In this document: piece by piece, positions 25,505-31,868 of the stretch | Layout of the letters: each line of letters opens with the position of its first letter | Numbering within the stretch: the first letter of the stretch is position 1 | Assembly (NCBI GenBank): GCA_019239775.1 | Contig: JAFAZN010000199.1 | Location: 26,690-90,689, forward strand | Direction of reading: 5' to 3' | Source: Chloroflexota bacterium | Lineage (GTDB): Bacteria > Chloroflexota > UBA6077 > CF-72 | Length of the DNA stretch: 64,000 nucleotides | Notes under the pieces: model-generated | Seen by the model: the letters and a program-made list of their open reading frames with translations, nothing else | What the model was told of the DNA's origin: nothing | The model's database searches: none | Program-made: the position numbers and the translations under genes

Positions 25505-26194
25505 ATGAAGGCGGTCATCCTTTCAGGTTTCGCGGCCGCGGTCGTGCAACTCGCCGCCTATGCGCCGGTCGAGGCTGCACCAAACCAGTGGAACGGAAGT
25601 GTGTCCGGCGCGGGCGCAGGCGTATACGCCGCGCCCGGCGGCGCGCAGATATCCAGCCTGGACGCGGGCTCTCAAGTGGTCGTGTCCAACTGGGTGTACG
25701 GTCCCGCATTGACCTCCGACAACTACACGTGGGCGGACCTCGGCGACGGTCGTTTCGTCCACTCTGCTGCGTTGCGGCACGCACCGCTTCCCGAGTCACC
25801 GCCGGCTCCGCCGCAGATCGTGTCGAGTGGGCACTGGGCGGACGCGAATCTAACGCAGCAAATTCTGACGCTGTATGACGGCGCCGTTGCTGTGCATATG
25901 TCGTTGATGAATTCTGGTAGACCAGGACCGGACACCGAGACGCACCTCGGCATCTGGCCAATCAAACGCCGCGTTGCTGACGAAACGATGCGCGGCGACG
26001 GTTACGATATCGCGGGCGTTCTGTTTACCCAGTATTTTACGGATGATGCGGAGGCAATTCATCTGAATTACTGGCTCTCGGATGATGAACGGGGTATGCC
26101 TCGAAGCCACGGCTGTCTCGGTTTGCCGTACGCCGACGCCGCCCTGGCGTGGCGGTTCCTCGACGTTGGCTCGCTGGTCTACGTGCACCCGTAA
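25505..26194 (+). CDS. L,D-transpeptidase (YkuD) with N-terminal SH3-like domain
   Basis: Start at MKAVILSGFAAAVV. The catalytic end is HLNYWLSDDERGMPRSHGCLGLPYADAALAWRFLDVGSLVYVHP (the SHGC motif). Confidence 0.85.
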   Translation: MKAVILSGFAAAVVQLAAYAPVEAAPNQWNGSVSGAGAGVYAAPGGAQISSLDAGSQVVVSNWVYGPALTSDNYTWADLGDGRFVHSAALRHAPLPESPPAPPQIVSSGHWADANLTQQILTLYDGAVAVHMSLMNSGRPGPDTETHLGIWPIKRRVADETMRGDGYDIAGVLFTQYFTDDAEAIHLNYWLSDDERGMPRSHGCLGLPYADAALAWRFLDVGSLVYVHP

Positions 26195-26306
26195 ACCCGC
26201 CATCAGCGGCGAGAGCCCTGCTAATCGGCGGCTTACCTGGTTCCGTCTTCCAAACGTACGGTGAGTTCGCGCGAACCATATTCAGCTCAAAGGAGTGAGC
26301 ACACGT

Positions 26307-26762
26307 ATGGCCAAAAACGCCACGATTGACGATATCCGCAGCGCCGACACCGATGACGAGGCTCCTGACGACGAGGAACGCCGGTTTATCAAAGCACTCA
26401 TTGCGGGCCGCATGTTGCGTCGGCGTCGCGTACGACGCGCCATCCTGCTCCACCTGATGCGCGAGCGGTACGGTGGCGAGGACGAAGACGACGACGAGGA
26501 GGACTATGACACCGAGCGGCGGCTAGTCAGGGCGATCGTGGCCGGACGAATGCTCCGGCGCCGTCGTGTACTCCGCGCGATCCTGCTCCACCTGATGCGC
26601 GAGCGGTACGGTGAGGAGGATGAGGACGAAGGCGACGAGGATGACGAGGACGACGAAGACGGTGACCGCGAAATCATGCGCTGGCTGCTCGGAGAGCGTA
26701 TGCGGCGCCGCCGTCGCGCCAGGCGAATCACCGCGGCCAGCCTGCTGAGGAACAGCGCCTGA
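26307..26762 (+). CDS. Repeat protein alternating Arg-rich amphipathic helices and poly-Asp/Glu tracts
   Basis: AAGGAG at 26290-26295 sits 11 nt before ATG 26307 (the track start GTG 26295 overlaps this RBS). Two and a half copies of RR(F/L)(I/V)(K/R)A(L/I)(I/V)AGRMLRRRRV.RAILLHLMRERYG(E/D)n. Confidence 0.6.
   Translation: MAKNATIDDIRSADTDDEAPDDEERRFIKALIAGRMLRRRRVRRAILLHLMRERYGGEDEDDDEEDYDTERRLVRAIVAGRMLRRRRVLRAILLHLMRERYGEEDEDEGDEDDEDDEDGDREIMRWLLGERMRRRRRARRITAASLLRNSA
26379..26744 (+). repeat. In-frame tandem repeat (138-nt period) inside the charged protein gene
   Basis: An identical 34-nt run, ATCCTGCTCCACCTGATGCGCGAGCGGTACGGTG, occurs at 26442-26475 and at 26580-26613, exactly 138 nt apart. 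A third, partial unit follows. Confidence 0.8.
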
Positions 26763-26792
26763 CTGAGAATCACTGCAAAGATTGGGCTACAA

Positions 26793-26821
26793 GGAAGGGC
26801 CGCGTACTCCGCGGTCCTTTC
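26793..26821. terminator. GC-rich hairpin between convergent genes (GGGCCGCG-TACTC-CGCGGTCC, extendable with flanking AAGG/TTTC)
   Basis: Read directly. 8-bp core stem with one G:U pair, extendable to 12 bp. It lies 31 nt after the + gene stop and abuts the - gene stop, so it is a possible bidirectional terminator. Confidence 0.45.
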
Positions 26822-26822
26822 G

Positions 26823-29486
26823 CTATGGCCCAACAACGGTCAGGGTCGCAGCCATCCCCTGCTGCTCATGCCCTGGGATGGGGCAGACCAACCGATACTC
26901 GCCTGGTGCGAGCACCATCTGCAGCGTGCGCGACTCGCCCGCACCGAAATCGTCGGTACTGACGTCGAGTCCTTGTCCCTCAATTCGAAACGCGTGTGCA
27001 GTCTCACCCGTGTCTTCAGCAAGGAATCGAATCGTCCCGGCCGGAACTTTGGTGCGCGACGGTTGCAGCTTCCATTCGCTCAACGAGACGTTCACATCGC
27101 GGTCTTCAGGCCGAGTACCCTCTGGCAGCTCCTCAGGCGTAGACGTAGGCGCGGCTTCGGCCGAAGCCGCGGCCGCTCCGGTGGGCGCCGCAATGAGGTC
27201 GACGGCGTCCACACTGTAAACTCGATAAATGCCTTTGGCGTCGGTGTAATACAGGGCGCCGTCCGGAGCGTTCGCAATACCCAGACTGCAACCCTTCTTG
27301 GCGACTTCCTCGAAGACAACGCGATCGCGACTCTCTGGTGCCAGGTGCACACGTCGCAGCTGACCCTGGTGATAGTTGCAGTAGAACAGGTCGTTCTTCC
27401 AGTCGGGGACCTGGTTACCAGTAAAGAATGCCGCGCCGGTTGGACCAATCGGGGGATTCATCACCGCGATCGGATCGACGACGCCGGGCGCGAACTTGTA
27501 GCCGGTAGGCGGCCAGCCGTAGTTGGCGCCCCTGATAATCAAGTCCAGCTCGTCGTTGTCACCGGGCCCGTTTTCGGTCGCAAACAGACCGTGCTGTAGG
27601 GGATCAAAGTCGAAACTGAAAGGGTTGCGCAGACCATACGCCCAGACTGCACCCTGCTTGCCCGGCTGTCCGGCAAACGGGTTGTCGTCAGGGATGGTCC
27701 CATCTGAATTCACTCGCAGAATTTTGCCAGCCATGCTTCCGAGATCCTGCGCGTTTGACCCCTGGTCGTTGTCGCCCAGCGACAGATACAGCTTGCCGTC
27801 TGGCCCGAAGCGCAGCGTGCCTGAGTTGTGGATCGGGCCTGACGGCAGATCACGGAGAATTGGCGTCAGTTCAGTGCCTTTGTTGTTCACGTCCGTCAGA
27901 CGCACCACTTCGTTTGGCCCGTTCGTCCCGCCATTATCCTGACCATCGGGGACAGACGTGTAAAAGACATACACGTAGTGATTGGTGTCAAAGTCCGGAT
28001 CGAGCGCCAGGCCAATTAATCCGGTCTCCGGCTGGCCCGCTACTTTAAACTGGAAAAATGGATCGGGCAACAGCGTCCCATTTTGTACGACGCGAATCTT
28101 CCCGGTGTGCAGCTCGTTGTAGAACAGCGTTCCATCAGGCGCGAACGCGAGTGACACGGGTGAGTCCGCCGGCATGAATTGTTCGGCGACAACCCCGGCG
28201 GGCAGGTGCTCCGCGGGTTGCGCTCCGTCCGGCAGCGGAGTTGGAGAAGGCACCATTGTCGGAGTCGGGGTGGGGTGCGACGCAGCAGCCGCCGCGGGAC
28301 TGGCGCTGGCGGTCGCCGCGCCACGACCCCGTGCTACAACGACAAGGGCTGTGTCCTTGCCGGTAACGATCTTCGACGCAACCTGATTGACTTCGAGGTC
28401 CAGCACAGCCAGCGCACCGTCCCCAGCGAGCGTGACATATGCCCGCTCGCCATTGAGACTGATCGCCAGTCCGGCCGGTTGGGAGCCGACAGCAACAGGC
28501 GAACCGACGCGCCAGTTTGTGAGGTCGATGGGCCACACCTCGCCCATATCTGTACCGGACACGTAGAGCATTCCGTTTGGCGCAAGGGCGGCGCCGCCCG
28601 GTCGTCCTGGCAAACTCAGACGCTTTGTGATGGACTGGTCGACGGTACTAACTGCAAGTAATTCGTTCGTCGTATCAGCCAAGACGTAGACCGCTTGTCG
28701 CTCCGAGTCGGGCACCAGCGCAATGGGGCCTCCGCCCGTTTCGATCTGTGCCACGAGTCCGCCGGAGCCCCCGTCCAGCGCCCACACCGTACCGCTCGCG
28801 TGCCCCGCGACGTACACGACGTCGCCAGTTGGTCCGCTGGTTACCGCGAGTGCGTCCAGTCTCCGCTGAATCTGGACCCCGGGCGTCGTCTGGCCGAGAT
28901 CCACATGCCCGAATTCGCTGCCGTTCTTGGCATCCAGAAACACGACGCTGCTCGGAAGGGGTGGTGATTCGTTGCCGCCACCGAGCGTGACGTAGGCCCG
29001 CCGGCCATCGGAGGAAAACGCGGCGGCGCTCGGGGTACTACGCAACCGATGGCTGTCGGTATGCGCGTTCTTTGCCAGATCAACCGTGACAAAATCGCTG
29101 GCACCTGGCTTGTTGCTGAACACCCATGCGGTTTGACCGTCCGGCAGGAGCGCCATGCTCTGCACTGGCGTCCCAATATCAACACTGGCGGAGATTTTGC
29201 CGCTTGCGGTGTCAATCAATGACAGTCGCTGGTCAGTCCGACTGGCAACCGCTACGACCTCCGGTTGGACCGGAGTCGCCGTGCCCAATGGGCGTGGTGA
29301 CACCGACGGCACCGGCGCACTCGCTGATCGGCCGGGTGTCGCGCTAGCGGGTGTCGGTGTGCTGGCGCCTGAAAACACTGCCGCGGCCGAAAGCGCGGCG
29401 TCTCCGTTATTGTTCGTGGAAAACGCGAAATAGCCAACGAAAGCCAATACAGCCAGGCCCAAGAGCGTCCGTAGACCATGACGCAT
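26823..29486 (-). CDS. Secreted three-domain redox protein: YVTN/YncE-like propeller + PQQ-dependent sugar dehydrogenase (GSDH family) + type-1-copper cupredoxin
   Basis: Start at MRHGLRTLLGLAVLAF (ATG 29486). GSDH motifs are intact: FAPDGTLFYNELHTGKIRVV, GLIGLALDPDF, IHNSGTLRFGPDGKLYLSLGD, AQD, GKILRV, DNPF, WAYGLRNPFS, ENGPGDNDELDLIIRGANYGWP. C-terminus reads TAHAF...YRLVCPIPGHEQQGMAATLTVV. Confidence 0.85.
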   Translation of the reverse strand: MRHGLRTLLGLAVLAFVGYFAFSTNNNGDAALSAAAVFSGASTPTPASATPGRSASAPVPSVSPRPLGTATPVQPEVVAVASRTDQRLSLIDTASGKISASVDIGTPVQSMALLPDGQTAWVFSNKPGASDFVTVDLAKNAHTDSHRLRSTPSAAAFSSDGRRAYVTLGGGNESPPLPSSVVFLDAKNGSEFGHVDLGQTTPGVQIQRRLDALAVTSGPTGDVVYVAGHASGTVWALDGGSGGLVAQIETGGGPIALVPDSERQAVYVLADTTNELLAVSTVDQSITKRLSLPGRPGGAALAPNGMLYVSGTDMGEVWPIDLTNWRVGSPVAVGSQPAGLAISLNGERAYVTLAGDGALAVLDLEVNQVASKIVTGKDTALVVVARGRGAATASASPAAAAASHPTPTPTMVPSPTPLPDGAQPAEHLPAGVVAEQFMPADSPVSLAFAPDGTLFYNELHTGKIRVVQNGTLLPDPFFQFKVAGQPETGLIGLALDPDFDTNHYVYVFYTSVPDGQDNGGTNGPNEVVRLTDVNNKGTELTPILRDLPSGPIHNSGTLRFGPDGKLYLSLGDNDQGSNAQDLGSMAGKILRVNSDGTIPDDNPFAGQPGKQGAVWAYGLRNPFSFDFDPLQHGLFATENGPGDNDELDLIIRGANYGWPPTGYKFAPGVVDPIAVMNPPIGPTGAAFFTGNQVPDWKNDLFYCNYHQGQLRRVHLAPESRDRVVFEEVAKKGCSLGIANAPDGALYYTDAKGIYRVYSVDAVDLIAAPTGAAAASAEAAPTSTPEELPEGTRPEDRDVNVSLSEWKLQPSRTKVPAGTIRFLAEDTGETAHAFRIEGQGLDVSTDDFGAGESRTLQMVLAPGEYRLVCPIPGHEQQGMAATLTVVGP
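26826..27101 (-). other. Cupredoxin domain with complete type-1 Cu ligand set (His857, Cys894, His899, Met904 in maximal-ORF numbering)
   Basis: Codons verified on the sequence: TGC 26883-26885, CAT 26868-26870, ATG 26853-26855 (minus strand). The pattern C-x4-H-x4-M follows an upstream His in ETAHAF. Confidence 0.8.
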
Positions 29487-29487
29487 G

Positions 29488-31224
29488 TCAGTGACTGGCC
29501 AGTGCGGACTGGAGGCGATCCAGCGCTGTTTGTACTTTCGCGTTATCGCCTGCCGCGGCCTCACGCGCCGCGGTGAGTGCGCTGCGAATTTGGTCAGCGC
29601 GTGGATCGTTGACGCCCTGCAATGCTGCTTCGGCTTTGGTGGCTTCCGAATTCACCGCATCACGTCTTTTGGCCAGCTCGTCCGGCGACTGATGCTGGTC
29701 CTGCGCGGCCTGGCTCAGTGCTGTCAGCGCGTTCACAACGCCACCTCCGACTTGTTGCGAATCCAGCTTCGGACCCGGTGTGGACTGCGTTTGGGGACTG
29801 GGTACCGCGGTACCGGGCACGGTACCGGCTGGAGCACCAGCCGCCACCGGTCGGAGTGCCACGCGTGCGTCGGCTAGCTTGTTGGTGTCACCCGCGAATG
29901 CTGCGCGAATCGCATCGACGGCTGTCAGCACTTGCTGTGCAGGGGTGCTCTGAACGCCCTTCAGGCTTGTTTCCGCCTGGTCTGCCTGGTCGGCGAGAGT
30001 TTTCTGGAGGCGGAGCATCGAGCCGGTGTCGTTCTTTTGAAGCGCCGACTGAAAAGCGGCGATTGTCGCGTCCAGGTCGGCCGCGAAACCCTTGATATCG
30101 GTAATGGGTTTGGCGCTGGATGAGCCCTGCGAGGCGGCATCACCGGAGACCTTGCCAAGGTCTGCTCGTGCGCTGCCCAACTTGCTCAGGTCACCTGAGG
30201 CAGTCGCGCGCGCAGCGTTGATTGCGTTGCGTAACGCCACTGCTTGCGCGGATTGGTCTGTGCCCAACGCGGCCTCGTCCTGAGTCGCTTCGTTCAGAAT
30301 CTCCTGCTGGAGCCGGAGCAAGTCGGACTGGCTCGCGGTGGAGGTCGCGGTCGAAAACGCATCCATTTTCGCGGCAAGTGAAGCCGCGAGTCCGGCGTAG
30401 TCGGGAGCACTCTCCGCCGGACCCGCAGCGCCTCCAAGTTTGTCGAGCGCGTCGCCGGCGGTAGCCAGCGCGGTCGCGTCGCCGTCGAGGCCTTTCTGAA
30501 GCAGCGCCAGCGCATCGGTCAGCGCCTTGCCTTGAGCCGAGGTGTCGCTGCCGGCGATCTTCTGAACCGGACCGATCTCTTCGACCAGCTTGCCTTGAAG
30601 GCGCAGCGCATCTCCGGCGTTCTTGCTCTGCACCGCCTGGCGCAGATTGCGCACGTCCTCCGCGACGGTTCTGACGTCTGCAACGCCGCCTGAATTGGAC
30701 GTGTCGGACGTGAGCTGAGCGATGCTCGTCGAACCACCGATGACCTGCCGCAGCGCCGCGTCGGCGTGATCGAGTCCATTGGTGTCACCACCAATCGCTT
30801 GCCGAATGTCGGCTATGGCGCCTCGCACCGCCTGCGCCTGCGGGGACTTATCGCTCTTGAGCGCGGTATCTGCGTCGTTGGCGGCCGCCAACAAATCGCG
30901 CTGGTCCTTCAGCGCGCCGTTCACATCCTGATCGCGCAGCGCGGTGCGGAACGCACCGAGCTTTGCGTCGAGCGATGCTGCGGCTGGCGTGAGTGCTTGA
31001 CTCGGCGCGACGGGTGTTGGAATCGGCAGCGGCGTCGGACGCGGAGTAGGCGAGGGCACGGCTGTCGGCGACTCCTCCGCCGTCGGGACCGTGGCGACCT
31101 CAGTCGCGGTCGGGACATCCGTAGGCGGGGGCGCCCCCGCTCCAGGGATTGCCGACTGGCAGGCCGTGGCCGCCACGAGTGCCGCCGCACAAGCCAGGTG
31201 AGAAATCGCTTTGCTCCCTACCAT
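29488..31224 (-). CDS. Lipoprotein built from five roughly 85-100-aa Ala-rich helical repeats
   Basis: Signal LVAATAC, a P/T-rich linker, then five units. Each ends in a motif like AQAVRGAIADIRQAIGGDTNGLDHADAALRQV / AQQVLTAVDAIRAAFAGDTNKLADARVALRPV / ADQIRSALTAAREAAAGDNAKVQTALDRLQSAL. The stop lies 1 nt before the next gene's start. Confidence 0.6.
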   Translation of the reverse strand: MVGSKAISHLACAAALVAATACQSAIPGAGAPPPTDVPTATEVATVPTAEESPTAVPSPTPRPTPLPIPTPVAPSQALTPAAASLDAKLGAFRTALRDQDVNGALKDQRDLLAAANDADTALKSDKSPQAQAVRGAIADIRQAIGGDTNGLDHADAALRQVIGGSTSIAQLTSDTSNSGGVADVRTVAEDVRNLRQAVQSKNAGDALRLQGKLVEEIGPVQKIAGSDTSAQGKALTDALALLQKGLDGDATALATAGDALDKLGGAAGPAESAPDYAGLAASLAAKMDAFSTATSTASQSDLLRLQQEILNEATQDEAALGTDQSAQAVALRNAINAARATASGDLSKLGSARADLGKVSGDAASQGSSSAKPITDIKGFAADLDATIAAFQSALQKNDTGSMLRLQKTLADQADQAETSLKGVQSTPAQQVLTAVDAIRAAFAGDTNKLADARVALRPVAAGAPAGTVPGTAVPSPQTQSTPGPKLDSQQVGGGVVNALTALSQAAQDQHQSPDELAKRRDAVNSEATKAEAALQGVNDPRADQIRSALTAAREAAAGDNAKVQTALDRLQSALASH

Positions 31225-31229
31225 GGTCG

Positions 31230-31868
31230 TCAGTCCTTCGCAACCGTGAAAGTGGCAGTCACCTCCGTCTGGCTGTGTTCGCCGACGAAGATCAGCGTGT
31301 TGTCTCCAGTGAGGTCCTGCAGCGCGACGGCATTCTCGGCAGTGATCCGCCCGTCGGAGTCCGCGGTGACCTGAGCTACGGGTGCGTTCGTGCGCGTGTT
31401 GAGATAAACGGCTACGGCTTCACCCGGAACGAAGTCTTCGCCAGCGAATCCCACTCCGCTCTGCGGTGAGATGTAGTAGCTGCGCAACACTACCCAGGGG
31501 TGAAAGCCTTGCACGTTGAATCCAACCGAGGCCGGTGTCTGGGACGTGCGTCCGACGAAGGTCAACTTGTAGTCGCCAGCGCCGAGAAAGGGAACCGCGA
31601 CGTCCGTTCCGGATATTTCACCGCGAGTATCCGCTGTCACCGTAATAAGCGGATCCGCTGTCTGGTCCCCCAGAAATGCATCCACGGGTTCGCCCGGGGC
31701 GAAGCCGGAGCCGCTGAAGCTAAATGTTTGGCTCGGCTTGCCTGTGTACGTCTGCAGATGTACCGCTGGCGGACCAGAATCGGCAGTGGCCGGAGTGGCC
31801 GCCATCGTGCAAGCAAGTGCGACCAGGGTCCGGACGACATTGACATAGTGCTTCGGCGAAGGGATCAC
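31230..31868 (-). CDS. Secreted protein with two copies of a roughly 100-aa Ig-like module
   Basis: GTG start in a GTGA overlap with the upstream stop. Signal peptide present. Modules carry FSFSGSGFAPGEPVDAFL and VGFAGEDFVPGEAVAVYL, each followed by D..G motifs and LTFVG / LIFVG strands. Confidence 0.6.
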   Translation of the reverse strand: MIPSPKHYVNVVRTLVALACTMAATPATADSGPPAVHLQTYTGKPSQTFSFSGSGFAPGEPVDAFLGDQTADPLITVTADTRGEISGTDVAVPFLGAGDYKLTFVGRTSQTPASVGFNVQGFHPWVVLRSYYISPQSGVGFAGEDFVPGEAVAVYLNTRTNAPVAQVTADSDGRITAENAVALQDLTGDNTLIFVGEHSQTEVTATFTVAKD

